Shown: positions 10,116 to 20,382, counted from the stretch's first letter. The stretch is 64,000 nt of DNA from an uncultured Fibrobacterota bacterium (GCA_963753345.1 CAVWBU010000021.1:160001-224000); one strand, 5' to 3'. Notes: generated by a model not told the origin, from the sequence alone. Numbers and translations are program-made.

Positions 10116-12803
10116 ATGTCACGACACGAGACCTCCGTCAAATTTCTTGAGTCCAGGCTCAACGAGAACCCGCAGTCGCTCGTTTTCTCCCGTCTTGCCG
10201 ACGGCATCCGCGAAAGCGGAGATATCCAGCAGGCGATCTCGGTGTGCATGGATGGCCTCGCCCGTCACCCGGACTGTCTCACGGGCAGGGTGGTTCTGGG
10301 ACGGTGCTACCTGGAGCAGGAAAACCTCAAGGAGGCTGCCGCCGAGTTCGTGGCGGTGCTCAAACTTGACAGACGCAATCACACCGCGATCAAGATGATC
10401 GCCGACATCTGCGCGCGCCAGGGACTCAAGGAAAAGGCCGGGGATCTCTACGCGAGCCTGCTCGGCATGGACCCGGACAACCAGTCGCTCGTCGAGCTTG
10501 CCAGCACGTTCCGCGGAACAGGCGATACCGACCTTTTCAGCATCCTTGGCATGTCATCCGTCGCCGGCAGGGTGGCCGTTGCGCCTGCGCCGGCGGCCGA
10601 CGACACGATTGCCGACGCCGACAGGACCATAGAGTTTGACGTGGAACCGAGCCGGGCCGCGGCTTCCGCAGGGGAGGATACCGAGGTCGGCGAAATGATG
10701 GCAAAGACGCAGCAGTTCGATCCGAAGGATCTCGGTGTGGCCGACAGGGCTCATGATGACACGGTGCTGACTTCAGACGTGCTCACCGGAGACGATGTGA
10801 GCTCGCGCATGGAGACGATGTTCGACATCGGCCCGGAAACCCCGCCTGCCGCAGCGCCGGAAGTGCACGAGCACATTGAGCTCGGAAGCGGTGATGAAAC
10901 CCTGGGCCCCGCCGACGATGCGGCCGCAGGAACGGTCAGGGGCGAAGAAGCGGGGGTCGTGTCGGGAAGCGACATCACCTCGCGCATCGAGCAGCTGTTC
11001 GGCGAAGAGACGCCGGTGTCTCCGCCTGAACCGACTGTTGCCGAGGCCCCAACCAGGGAAGTTGCGCGCGACGAGTTACGGCCCGTGGAGTCTTCGGCGC
11101 TTTCCGGAGAAGACATCACCTCGCGGCTCAACGAAATGTTCGAGGGCGAGCCTGCCATCGAACCTTTGGCGGAAGACACGCTGATGGAAAAACCGGTCTT
11201 GCCGGCCGACACCAAGGTTGGACCGCTTCTTGAGATCGAGGCAGAGGCGCCGGCCGGGACCGTCACGGGCGCTACGGAGGAGATTGTCCTGGGGCCGCGG
11301 GAGCCGGCGCGGCATCCCGCCGAGGAAACCGTGCTTTCCGGCGACGACGTGGCGCTGAGGCTCGATACGATATTTGACGAAGGGGAAGAAGCCGGGCCGC
11401 CCGCAAACGAAGCGGTCGCGACGCAGTCTGCGGAGGCGACCGATTTATCCACAGCCGACGGCGACAAGACACAGACCGCCGAGACGTTCCGCGCGGGAGA
11501 GGACACGAAGCCGCCGTTTGACATAGAGGAAGCCGGCGTTGTCGTCGACGAGGTGGGCTTTGACGCCGCGTCCGAGACGCTGGTGGTCGAGGAGGCGGGA
11601 AAGTCCTCTCAGGCTGCTGCTCCGCAGGAGCCGCCCGAGGCTCCCGATGCCCCCATCATCATCGACGACGCAGTTGTGGCCGAGGAGGAGCAGGAGTCTG
11701 AGTCCGGCATGTCCGGAGACGACGTGGTTGGACGCATGGAGGAGATATTCACCGAGGAGCCTGGTTCGGGAGGAACTGCCGCGCCGGCAGCACCTGCAAA
11801 GGAAGAAGCGGCAATGCATCTTGACTTTATCCCGGTGACCGAAGAGGAAGCCGGGACGGCCGGAGAGCCCAGTACTGCGCCGACCGATGTTGACAAAACA
11901 GATATCGCGGCCCCGGAATCGGACACGCTTGACCTTTCGGGCGAGACGGAGGAGCGGACGATTCTCATGGACGAGGACAGCGGCGCGGAGACAATGCCGG
12001 CCGAAGAGGAAACCATGGTGACCGGAGGGGAAGATGAGACCATGGTGGCCAGAACCGAAGCCGAGACCCTTCCTTCCGAGGCCGAGGCTGAAACCATGCC
12101 TGCCGAAGCTGAGGCTGAGACCATATCGGCCGGAGGGGAAGATGAGACCATGGTGGCCAGAACCGAAGCTGAGACCCTTCCTTCCGAGGCCGAGGCTGAA
12201 ACCATGCCTGCCGAAACTGAAGCTGAGACAATGTCGGCCGGAGCCGAAGCTGAGACTATGGCCGTTGAGGACGAAGCTGAGACCATGGTTTGGTCCCGTT
12301 CGGACCCGTTTCTGGATTCCCCGTTCCGCACCGGCTCGAAAACAGGAACTGGCGCACCGAAGGAAACGGAAAGCGTTACTCCGCGGGATTCTGAACAGGA
12401 CATTTTTACGGATCAGGAAAAAGGGGCGGGCGCGGAGTCGGATCAGGCCTTTTCCATTCCCGACCACGTGCTCACGCCGACCCTCGCCGACATCTATTAT
12501 CAGCAGGGGCAGCCCCGGCTCGCGCTGCAGATTTTCCGGCGGCTCCTTGACGCGGACCCGGACAACGAACGCATTGCGAAACGCATCAGGGAAATAGAGG
12601 CCGGCCTCAACGCCGACATCGAGCCGGCAGGTGTCGAGGAAACCGTGGTGACGACGCCCACCCCCAAGGGGGACGTGAAGCCGCCCGCCCAAAGGGTAAA
12701 ACCGAAGGTTGACAAAAAGAAAAAGGCGGCCGCTGCGGAAAAACCGCTTTCCGGCGTGCGCATCAGGAAGAAAGCCAAGACCAGGCGCAGGAAGACGAGG
12801 TGA
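10116..12803 (+). CDS. TPR-containing protein with long acidic repetitive linker
   Basis: N-terminal TPRs; C-terminal TPTLADIYYQQG TPR; very E/D-rich centre; Lys-rich tail. Confidence 0.85.
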   Translation: MSRHETSVKFLESRLNENPQSLVFSRLADGIRESGDIQQAISVCMDGLARHPDCLTGRVVLGRCYLEQENLKEAAAEFVAVLKLDRRNHTAIKMIADICARQGLKEKAGDLYASLLGMDPDNQSLVELASTFRGTGDTDLFSILGMSSVAGRVAVAPAPAADDTIADADRTIEFDVEPSRAAASAGEDTEVGEMMAKTQQFDPKDLGVADRAHDDTVLTSDVLTGDDVSSRMETMFDIGPETPPAAAPEVHEHIELGSGDETLGPADDAAAGTVRGEEAGVVSGSDITSRIEQLFGEETPVSPPEPTVAEAPTREVARDELRPVESSALSGEDITSRLNEMFEGEPAIEPLAEDTLMEKPVLPADTKVGPLLEIEAEAPAGTVTGATEEIVLGPREPARHPAEETVLSGDDVALRLDTIFDEGEEAGPPANEAVATQSAEATDLSTADGDKTQTAETFRAGEDTKPPFDIEEAGVVVDEVGFDAASETLVVEEAGKSSQAAAPQEPPEAPDAPIIIDDAVVAEEEQESESGMSGDDVVGRMEEIFTEEPGSGGTAAPAAPAKEEAAMHLDFIPVTEEEAGTAGEPSTAPTDVDKTDIAAPESDTLDLSGETEERTILMDEDSGAETMPAEEETMVTGGEDETMVARTEAETLPSEAEAETMPAEAEAETISAGGEDETMVARTEAETLPSEAEAETMPAETEAETMSAGAEAETMAVEDEAETMVWSRSDPFLDSPFRTGSKTGTGAPKETESVTPRDSEQDIFTDQEKGAGAESDQAFSIPDHVLTPTLADIYYQQGQPRLALQIFRRLLDADPDNERIAKRIREIEAGLNADIEPAGVEETVVTTPTPKGDVKPPAQRVKPKVDKKKKAAAAEKPLSGVRIRKKAKTRRRKTR
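12022..12237 (+). repeat. Intragenic near-perfect 108-bp tandem duplication built from 27-bp units
   Basis: ccggaggggaagatgagaccatggtggccagaaccgaag starts at 12022 and again at 12130; encodes ETMxxEAEA-type units. Confidence 0.9.
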
Positions 12804-12863
12804 CATTTGCCCGCTGTCTCGGCGTCTAAGCCGCCGTCCGGAGTACGTGCCACAGATTCGCCT

Positions 12864-13943
12864 ATGCACAACAGCCGCCTTTCCGCCATCAAAGCGCTTC
12901 TTGCACGGGGCCCGTACACCCGCGTTCTTCTGTCAGACCTTGCCGACATAGAATATCTCGCCGGGTTCCGTTCCTCCAATGTGTATTGCGTGATTTCGCG
13001 TCGGAGTAATTTCCTGTGCTCCGACTTCCGGTACCGCAGTGCGGCGCTGGCATTCTGCCGCAGGAACAGGGAATGGAAATTCCTTGAAATCAAGGAGAAT
13101 GACTTTTCGTTCCTCCGGAACCCGCTTGGTATGCCCTCCGTGGCGGGCTTTCAGCCCGAGGCGATCTCGGTGGGAGCATTCTCGCGCCTCAGGCGCGCGT
13201 GCCCCGGCGTGCGGTTTGCAAGGCTCCCGCCCGCGTTCAGCGACGTGTTCGTTCCCAAGACCCTCCGCGAAATCGGGTGCATGCGGAAGGCCGCGGCGAT
13301 CGGCGACAGGGCCTTCGGCGAAATGGTATGCCGCGCGCGGCTCGGCATCACCGAGCGCGAGCTCGCCGCGTTCTGCGAGGAGCGGTGCAGGAAACATGGA
13401 TCGGAGCGGCCGTCGTTCGACACCATTGTTCTGTTCGGCCGCAGGGCGGCCCTTCCGCACGGCATTCCTTCCGACGCGCGGCTCGCCGCGGGCGACTGGG
13501 TGCTGTGCGATTTCGGCTGCACCGTGCAAGGGTTTATGTCCGACATGACCAGGACGTTTGTGATGGGGAGGGCGTCTGCGCGCCAGAAAAGGATATACGA
13601 TGCGGTGCTCCGGGCGCAGGAGGCCGCCCGCTATGCGGTGACCGCGGGTGTGCGGGCGAGTGAAGTTGACAAGTGCGCAAGGGACGTGATCACGGCGGCC
13701 GGATACGGCCCGCTGTTCGGCCACGCAACCGGCCACGGCGTGGGGTTGCGCGTCCATGAAAAGCCTCGCATTGCCTCCTCCGACAAATCTATTTTACAGC
13801 CTGGCACGGTGATCACCATCGAACCGGGCGTTTACCACCCGCGATTCGGCGGCGTGCGCATCGAGGACATGGTCGTGGTGAAAAAAGGCGGCGGCGAAAC
13901 GCTCACCGCCTCGCCGCGCAGACTCATAGAGGCGGGAACCTGA
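12864..13943 (+). CDS. Xaa-Pro aminopeptidase (M24 family)
   Basis: DFG..SDMTRT, HATGHGVGLRVHE, TIEPGVY and GVRIED motifs. Confidence 0.92.
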   Translation: MHNSRLSAIKALLARGPYTRVLLSDLADIEYLAGFRSSNVYCVISRRSNFLCSDFRYRSAALAFCRRNREWKFLEIKENDFSFLRNPLGMPSVAGFQPEAISVGAFSRLRRACPGVRFARLPPAFSDVFVPKTLREIGCMRKAAAIGDRAFGEMVCRARLGITERELAAFCEERCRKHGSERPSFDTIVLFGRRAALPHGIPSDARLAAGDWVLCDFGCTVQGFMSDMTRTFVMGRASARQKRIYDAVLRAQEAARYAVTAGVRASEVDKCARDVITAAGYGPLFGHATGHGVGLRVHEKPRIASSDKSILQPGTVITIEPGVYHPRFGGVRIEDMVVVKKGGGETLTASPRRLIEAGT

Positions 13944-15040
13944 TGATCAATATCCATTCGCTCCTCAAGACGATGTTCGACAACAATGCGTCCGACCTGC
14001 ACATCCGGGTGGGAACGCCGCCCACGTTCCGCATCAACGGGGCGCTGTACCGCGCGCAGATGGACCCGGTGGCGTTCGACGAGCTGGAGCGCATCTGCGC
14101 CGAGATCATGCGGCCCGAGCAGAAAGCAGTCTTTGACAAGACGAACGAATTTGATTTCGCCATGGGCCTCAAGGGCGTTGGCAGGTTCAGGATCAATGCT
14201 TCGCGCCAGCGGGGCACGCCATCGCTCGCCATTCGGTCCATCAAGACCCAGATACCGTCGTTTACAGAACTCGGCCTTCCGAACGTGATCCTCGACCTCG
14301 CCATGAAGAAACGGGGGCTCATTCTCTGCACGGGCACCACGGGAAGCGGCAAGTCGACGCTGCTGGCCTCAATGATCGATCACATCAATGTCAACGCGTC
14401 GGTGAACGTCGTCACCATCGAAGATCCCGTGGAGTACCTTTACAAAGACAAGAAAAGCATCATCGCCCAGCGGGAGATCGGGCCCGACACCCAGACCTTT
14501 GCCAACGCGCTGCGCGCGAGCTTCCGCCAGGACCCGGATGTGATCCTCATCGGCGAAATCCGCGACTCGGACACCATGGAGACCGCCATGAGCGCGGCCG
14601 ACACCGGACATTTGGTGATGAGTACGCTCCACACCATGAACGCGATGGAGACCATCTCCCGCATCCTGTCGTTTTTTCCGCCTCACCAGCACCAGCAGGT
14701 GAGGCTCGTTCTGTCAAGTGTGCTTATCGCAGTCATTTCGCTTCGGCTCCTGCCGAAAAAGGACGCAGGCGGCCGCATTCCGGCCGCGGAAATCATGATC
14801 AACAACGCCGCGGTCGCGGAATACATTCTCGACCCGGAAAAGTCCCATCTTATCATGGCCGCCATCTGCGAAGGATACACGCAGTACGGCTCGCAGTCGT
14901 TCGACCAGTCGCTGCTCCAGCTTTACCGGGACGACCTCATCACCTTCCAGGTGGCAAAGCAGAACGCGAGCAACCCCGACGATTTCGAGCTCAAGGTGAA
15001 GGGCGTGGAAGGCGCGAGCGACCGGCGATGGGGCGGGTAA
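13943..15040 (+). CDS. pilT: Type IV pilus retraction ATPase, PilT/PilU family
   Basis: ASDLH, GTTGSGKST, TIEDPVE, RQDPDVILIGEIRD and TGHLVMSTLH. Confidence 0.92.
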   Translation: MINIHSLLKTMFDNNASDLHIRVGTPPTFRINGALYRAQMDPVAFDELERICAEIMRPEQKAVFDKTNEFDFAMGLKGVGRFRINASRQRGTPSLAIRSIKTQIPSFTELGLPNVILDLAMKKRGLILCTGTTGSGKSTLLASMIDHINVNASVNVVTIEDPVEYLYKDKKSIIAQREIGPDTQTFANALRASFRQDPDVILIGEIRDSDTMETAMSAADTGHLVMSTLHTMNAMETISRILSFFPPHQHQQVRLVLSSVLIAVISLRLLPKKDAGGRIPAAEIMINNAAVAEYILDPEKSHLIMAAICEGYTQYGSQSFDQSLLQLYRDDLITFQVAKQNASNPDDFELKVKGVEGASDRRWGG

Positions 15041-15150
15041 AAAGAAATGTAGATTGCAGATTGTGGAATGTAGATTGAAAAACTTTCCGACGGGGCCGTC
15101 GGAACGATACTTTGACAAAATGTGATTCCGATATGAAAAGGAGACAGTAC

Positions 15151-15900
15151 ATGGCAAGGACGGTGTGGATGGTGGCGGTGGTTTGTCTGATTGCCGCATC
15201 GGCGCACGTGGCGCGCGCGGAGAGCGTGGCGAAAATCACCACCTTCGAGGGCGTCGTGCAGATCATGAAGAAGGGCGCGACCGACTGGCGGAACGCCAAG
15301 CCGGGCCTGCCGCTTGAGGTAGGCGACCAGGTTTACACGCAGGAAGAAAGCTTCGCCGAGATCCGGTATTCCATCGGCACGGTGCTGCGCATGGACGAGA
15401 AGACAAAAATCACCATCGACGCGTCGTCGGAAAAGACCATCAAGACCAAGAGCGCCATCGGCAGCGTGTGGGTCAACATGCGCAAGCTTATTTCCACGGG
15501 CAAGGAGTTCCAGGTGTCGACGCCCACCGCGGTCGCGGCCATCCGCGGCACGGTGTTCGACATGTCGTGCATTCCGGATTCCGCGTCCTACGTGGCCGTG
15601 TTCGAAGGCAAGGTGGCCGTGGGCCCGTCGGACAGCCTCAAGAAAAAGCTTGAGGTTGAGAAGAAGAAGTCCGTCAAGACGGAAAAACCCGTTGAAGTTC
15701 CGGGACCCGAAGAGATCCCCGGGCCGTACGAGGTGTCGCTCGAACAGTGGCGCACCATCGTGGCCGGCCAGAAAATCTCGGTGAGGACCGACGGGAAATT
15801 CGCGCAGGAGAAGATCGACATGACGGCCGAGGAAAAGATGAAGTTCGTGAAGAAGAACCTGGCGATGGACAAGGAGTTGATGAAGGAGAAAGAGAAATAA
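15151..15900 (+). CDS. Secreted FecR-domain protein
   Basis: Signal peptide; GDQVYT, VSTPTAVAAIRGT and VFEGKVAV; AGGAG RBS before 15151. Confidence 0.85.
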   Translation: MARTVWMVAVVCLIAASAHVARAESVAKITTFEGVVQIMKKGATDWRNAKPGLPLEVGDQVYTQEESFAEIRYSIGTVLRMDEKTKITIDASSEKTIKTKSAIGSVWVNMRKLISTGKEFQVSTPTAVAAIRGTVFDMSCIPDSASYVAVFEGKVAVGPSDSLKKKLEVEKKKSVKTEKPVEVPGPEEIPGPYEVSLEQWRTIVAGQKISVRTDGKFAQEKIDMTAEEKMKFVKKNLAMDKELMKEKEK

Positions 15901-15935
15901 GCAGTTTGGTAGATAGTTACTTGATGGAATGAGGG

Positions 15936-15966
15936 CTGCCGGTTGTTAAGAACAGCCGGCAGTTTT
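15936..15966 (+). terminator. Intrinsic terminator between convergent genes
   Basis: ctgccggttgtt-aag-aacagccggcag stem followed by tttt. Confidence 0.65.
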
Positions 15967-15993
15967 CATATTCTCTCCGCAGCGGAGCGGTGT

Positions 15994-16506
15994 TCAGCGA
16001 ATTGCCGGAGGTTGTCTTGGATGGAGCGCACTTGGTTTGATCGTACGCAGTATTTGATCCGCAATTAATTCCGGATGGAGCGCTTTCGTAGCTTCAGTCG
16101 TCGCGTCAACATGTTTGCCCTTTTTGTTGTAGATGTTGCCGTAAACGCTGAACAAGAAGACTTTTGAAGATGTGTCAGCCTTGGACATGATAAAATTTTG
16201 TATGCGGGGATCTACTTCATTCCCGGCGTTAATTGCGCTGAATAGTATTGAAAATCCGTACGATGACGCATTTTCCTTGGCAGCATTTGCAAGCGATGCT
16301 TCTTTAATCTTGTAGCCTAATTTTGCAAGAGTATCGCTGATTATTCTGGAAACGGCTGTTTCCAGGTTGCTGGAGTCTTTAAGGATGAGAACCGGTTTTA
16401 TTTTGGGTTTTTCCGCTTTATTAACAACATTCTGGGCAAAAGCAAAATAGCATCCGATTGCAACGACAATCAGAAAGCTTGCTGCAAATTTTCTACACAT
16501 TTGCAT
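15994..16506 (-). CDS. Hypothetical exported protein (low GC)
   Basis: 170-aa ORF with signal peptide; AT-rich relative to neighbours. Confidence 0.65.
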   Translation of the reverse strand: MQMCRKFAASFLIVVAIGCYFAFAQNVVNKAEKPKIKPVLILKDSSNLETAVSRIISDTLAKLGYKIKEASLANAAKENASSYGFSILFSAINAGNEVDPRIQNFIMSKADTSSKVFLFSVYGNIYNKKGKHVDATTEATKALHPELIADQILRTIKPSALHPRQPPAIR

Positions 16507-16570
16507 GACTCCAACGATAAATGTACGTTCCCATATAAAATAATAAAATATTCCATAAACTCTAAATATT

Positions 16571-17572
16571 TTACTGCGACATCAAGTGTCCCGCCAGCAG
16601 CTTCTCCCACCACCCCTTATTTTCCAGGTACCATTTAATTGTCATCCTGATCCCGTCGTCAAACTTCACCTCCGGCTTCCATCCGAGTTCACGCTTGATC
16701 TTTGCCGCGTCGATGGCATAGCGCCGGTCGTGGCCCATGCGGTCGGTCACGAACGTAATCAGGCTTTCCGGTTTGCCGAGTACCCGGAGAACAAGCTTGA
16801 CAATGTCTATGTTGCGCCATTCGTTGCTGCCGCCGATATTGTAGACCTGGCCCGGTTTCCCCTTGGCAAGGACCGTTTCGATGGCCCTGCAGTGGTCGGT
16901 GACGTACAGCCAGTCGCGGATGTTAAGCCCGTCGCCGTACACCGGCAGGGGCTTATCGGCCAGCGCGTTGGTGATCATGAGGGGGATGAGCTTCTCGGGG
17001 AACTGGAACGGGCCGTAATTGTTGGAGCACCGGGTGATGATCGAGGGGAACCCGTAGGTCTCGAAATAGGCGCGCGCGACAAGGTCGCTGCCCGCCTTGC
17101 TCGCCGAGTAAGGGCTGTTGGGCGCCAGCGGCGTGGTTTCGGAAAACGAGCCTTTCGGCCCGAGCGTGCCGTAGACTTCGTCGGTTGAAATATGGATAAA
17201 TCGTTTTGATGCAAACGAGCCCTTCCATGCGTTCCGCGCGCATTCGAGCAGGTTCTGCGTGCCCAGCACGTTGGTGAGGACGAACGCGGCAGGGCCCTCT
17301 ATGCTCCGGTCCACATGCGATTCCGCCGCGAAATGCACCACCGCGTCGAAACCGTGCGACGAGAACAGTTTTTCGCACAGCGGCCGGTCGCAGATGTCGC
17401 CCTTGACAAATTCATACCGGGCGTCCTTTTCGACGCTCTTCAGGTTGTCGGGATTGCCCGCGTAGGTGAGCGCGTCGAGGGTGACAATGGAACAGTCCTT
17501 GCGGGATGAGAGCATGTGAAGGACAAAGTTTGAGCCGATAAATCCGCAGCCGCCGGTGACGAGAATTTTCAT
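16571..17572 (-). CDS. rfbB: dTDP-glucose 4,6-dehydratase
   Basis: TGGCGFIGS, FAAESHVDRS, STDEVYG, YSASKA and GHDRRYA. Confidence 0.97.
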   Translation of the reverse strand: MKILVTGGCGFIGSNFVLHMLSSRKDCSIVTLDALTYAGNPDNLKSVEKDARYEFVKGDICDRPLCEKLFSSHGFDAVVHFAAESHVDRSIEGPAAFVLTNVLGTQNLLECARNAWKGSFASKRFIHISTDEVYGTLGPKGSFSETTPLAPNSPYSASKAGSDLVARAYFETYGFPSIITRCSNNYGPFQFPEKLIPLMITNALADKPLPVYGDGLNIRDWLYVTDHCRAIETVLAKGKPGQVYNIGGSNEWRNIDIVKLVLRVLGKPESLITFVTDRMGHDRRYAIDAAKIKRELGWKPEVKFDDGIRMTIKWYLENKGWWEKLLAGHLMSQ

Positions 17573-17644
17573 GTTGGAGTTGACTCCTTATAAAGATTCG
17601 ATCAAGGCTAATTGATGTTTGCTATCAATGATATATTGACTCCG

Positions 17645-17688
17645 CCTAACCTCACCCCTGGCCCCTCTCCCACGGGGAGAGGGGAACC
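17645..17688 (+). repeat. REP-like palindrome CCTCACCCC..CCCCTCTCCC..GGGAGAGGGG
   Basis: cctaacctcacccctggcccctctcccacggggagaggggaac. Confidence 0.65.
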
Positions 17689-17739
17689 ATTGGTCTGTGC
17701 TTATCGCAATTGTAAAGTAGCCAGTGCATTTACCGCCAC

Positions 17740-17872
17740 TCTCCGTGGGTGCCCCCACACAGGTGCCTGTTTCTGCAGCTGCTTCCACTTGGGGTGCACC
17801 CAGGAGGGGGTAGCGGAGGACACCGCAGGCCGAAGGCCGAGGAGGCCGCAGCGAGGGGGAAACTTCCCCCAC
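17740..17872 (-). repeat. Structured repeat family A, copy 1
   Basis: GGGGGAAGTTTCCCCCT...ACCCCCTCCTGGGTGCACCCC-N34-GGGGGCACCCAC on the minus strand, about 12 nt after the rfbD stop. Confidence 0.85.
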
Positions 17873-17883
17873 CTGAACTCTTT

Positions 17884-18747
17884 CTAGTCTTGTGACTTCT
17901 CTTGCTCCAAATAATCTTTCAACCCTATTTCCCATTGCGGCATGATATTCCGTCCCGGTTTTTTCAGCCGCTCATTTTCCAATACGCTATTGGCCGGCCT
18001 CGGAGCAGGCCTGGGGAATTCTGCCGTGGTGCAAGGCACAAGGTCAACCTGAATAGAGTACGCTTGCACGATTGCCTTTGCGAAATCAAACCACGAGCAC
18101 CGGCCTTCGTTGGTGCAGTGGTACAGGCCGTAAAGCTTTGTGTCAAGCATCGAAAGGATTTGTTTGCACACGTGCACGGTGTACGTCGGCGTCCCGACCT
18201 GGTCGTTTACCACCTTGATGGTCTCGCCGGTCCCCGCGCGCTTCCGCGCGAGATCGCGGATCGTCTTGAGAAAGTTGCTTCCGCGGGTGCCGTACAGCCA
18301 TGCGATGCGGAATATGAAATGGCGGTCGCACGTTTCCGCGAGCAGCGTTTCCCCGGCGTGCTTTGATTTTCCGTACACCGACAGCGGATTGGGCGCATCG
18401 GTTTCAACATAGGGGGATTTCTTGGTCCCGTCGAAAACGTAGTCGGTGCTGATGTGAACGACCGACGCGCCGCAGGCCGCGGCCGCTCTTCCGATGTTTC
18501 CCACGCCCTCCGCATTGACCGCAAATGCCTTTGCGGATTCATGCTCGCACAGGTCAACCGCGGTGAACGCGGCGCAATTGATAATGGTTTCGGGCAAACA
18601 CCGGTCCGCTGCGGCGCGGACGCTTTCGGGACTGGTGATGTCGATGTCGGGGAAATCAATCCCTGTCACGGCGTGGCCCGCCGCCGCCGCGGCCCGTATC
18701 ATGTCGCTGCCGAGCTGGCCCCGGTGGCCGACAACAAGGATTCTCAC
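17884..18747 (-). CDS. rfbD: dTDP-4-dehydrorhamnose reductase
   Basis: GHRGQLG, NCAAFTAVD, STDYVFDG, YGKSK, DQVGTPT and APRP. Confidence 0.96.
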   Translation of the reverse strand: MRILVVGHRGQLGSDMIRAAAAAGHAVTGIDFPDIDITSPESVRAAADRCLPETIINCAAFTAVDLCEHESAKAFAVNAEGVGNIGRAAAACGASVVHISTDYVFDGTKKSPYVETDAPNPLSVYGKSKHAGETLLAETCDRHFIFRIAWLYGTRGSNFLKTIRDLARKRAGTGETIKVVNDQVGTPTYTVHVCKQILSMLDTKLYGLYHCTNEGRCSWFDFAKAIVQAYSIQVDLVPCTTAEFPRPAPRPANSVLENERLKKPGRNIMPQWEIGLKDYLEQEKSQD

Positions 18748-18801
18748 GGGAAACAGTGCTCCGTTTCAAATGATCGCGATGCCCGGCGCGGGATGCGCCC
18801 G

Positions 18802-20382
18802 CTATCCCTTCTGCAGCAGCATTTTGCACTCGTCCAGATCGGGATCCAGCGACCCTTTGCCTTCGTGCCAGGTTCGCTTGACTGGAAGAGAGTACTGCCT
18901 GAACTTCCAATTCTGGACCGAGGCGAACTTTGCGTACTGGTCCATGAGCTCCGCGGCGGAAATGTTCGTCTGGATTACGGCAACGAGCTGCTGGGAGAGC
19001 AGAGCGGTGAGCACGATGTTCTTGGTGCTGAGCTGTTCGAAGAGCGCCTTAATCACCCGCAGCTGACGGTCCTTGAAGTCCTCGGCGGTTGAAATGTGCG
19101 GCCGGAGAAACAAACCGACCTGGTCGCCGGAGAGTTTCTGGACCCCTTTTTTCACCTTCAACTCCGCGGCGGCCTTTTCGTCGACATCGACCGTGACCCC
19201 ACCGAGCGTCGCGGCTATGCGGACCATATCGCTCTTTTCCAGCACCGCCTGCTTTGGAACGCGCGTGTTAAGGAGCTGTTCCGCGATCAGGCTCACGTAC
19301 AGGCCGCCTCCGTACAGGAAGGCCTGGCTGAGCGTTGCGCACCCCTGCACGAATTCCTGCACGTCAAGATCCGGAGGGAGATTTACGACCTGGAACGTTC
19401 CCGTCTCATAGTCCGCCGACGCAACGTAATAGACGCTCGGAATGCCGCAGAACACAAAGGTGAAGGGCGTGGCGCGCTGCATGACTTCGGATTTCGCTTT
19501 TGTCAAAACGGAAAAACGGGCGATCGGCCGCATGTCCTGGGTCACGGGCGAAACCTGGAAGGGCCTTCCGTCGCCGAACACCGACGCGCTCTGGCCGGAG
19601 ACCAGGTTGATCGCCTCGTTGCCTTTGACGCGCTCGACCAGGACCTGCCCGTCCATGGCGTTCACGTCGATTTCGTCCGGCTTGACCGCAACGGTGAAGT
19701 CCGCGCCGCTGCCCGCGACCGTGATGGTGACAAGCGACGTTGTGATCCTGAACAGCTCGCTTGCGGAACCGTACACGATCTTGTACCAGACGACGCCCGA
19801 TTTCTGGGTGGGCCAGGTGGTGGTCCTGCCGTCCTCAACCGATGCGACCTTGTCAAACGCTACTTCCGAAGCGCTGTCCAGGTCGATGCGGGAGAACGAG
19901 GAGGCCGACAGCTCGGCCTGCGACTTGTCCGCCGTTATCACGCGGTCGCCCTGGTGAATTTCCATGCCGCTTTCCAGGGGCCTGGTCTGGCCGCCCGAGG
20001 CGGTGACCGAAACGCCGCCGGTATGGAACTCCAGACGGATCCTGTCCGGCAATCTTTTCATGGTGACGGGGTTGGGCATCGTGCCGACCTGCAACTGCTG
20101 GTTGTTGGTGATCTGCCCGGCAAGATCGAACGCGGAAATGTCGGATGTCGGCCGGATGCCCGCGACCTTGAGAATCTCGAAGGGAGTGGTGCCTTGGGGG
20201 ACCCTGTACTCGCCCGGTCTCATCACGTTGCCGGTCACGCTGACGACCCAATTGTCGCCCGTGCCGGGACCGCTCCATCCGAGCGAAGGTGCAAGAATGG
20301 AAAACAGTCTCCACGCGATTCCTGCGGCAAGAAGACCATAGACCGACCAGACGGCAATCTGCTTCCGGGTTTTTCTTGTCAT
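18802..20382 (-). CDS. Membrane-anchored SLBB + FecR + LCP (LytR-CpsA-Psr)-like fusion protein
   Basis: TM helix; VSVTGNVMRPGEY (SLBB); GDRVIT..DGQVLV (FecR); LGGVTVDV..KKGVQKLSGDQ..RQ..IQTNIS (LCP). Confidence 0.75.
   Translation of the reverse strand: MTRKTRKQIAVWSVYGLLAAGIAWRLFSILAPSLGWSGPGTGDNWVVSVTGNVMRPGEYRVPQGTTPFEILKVAGIRPTSDISAFDLAGQITNNQQLQVGTMPNPVTMKRLPDRIRLEFHTGGVSVTASGGQTRPLESGMEIHQGDRVITADKSQAELSASSFSRIDLDSASEVAFDKVASVEDGRTTTWPTQKSGVVWYKIVYGSASELFRITTSLVTITVAGSGADFTVAVKPDEIDVNAMDGQVLVERVKGNEAINLVSGQSASVFGDGRPFQVSPVTQDMRPIARFSVLTKAKSEVMQRATPFTFVFCGIPSVYYVASADYETGTFQVVNLPPDLDVQEFVQGCATLSQAFLYGGGLYVSLIAEQLLNTRVPKQAVLEKSDMVRIAATLGGVTVDVDEKAAAELKVKKGVQKLSGDQVGLFLRPHISTAEDFKDRQLRVIKALFEQLSTKNIVLTALLSQQLVAVIQTNISAAELMDQYAKFASVQNWKFRQYSLPVKRTWHEGKGSLDPDLDECKMLLQKG

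Noticed and set aside
11445-12869. Long antisense ORFs (for example 11445..12869, 19096..20421, 28765..29976, 39891..41042, 48405..49733)
   Set aside because: Shadow frames of well-supported genes in high-GC DNA, with no recognisable motifs.
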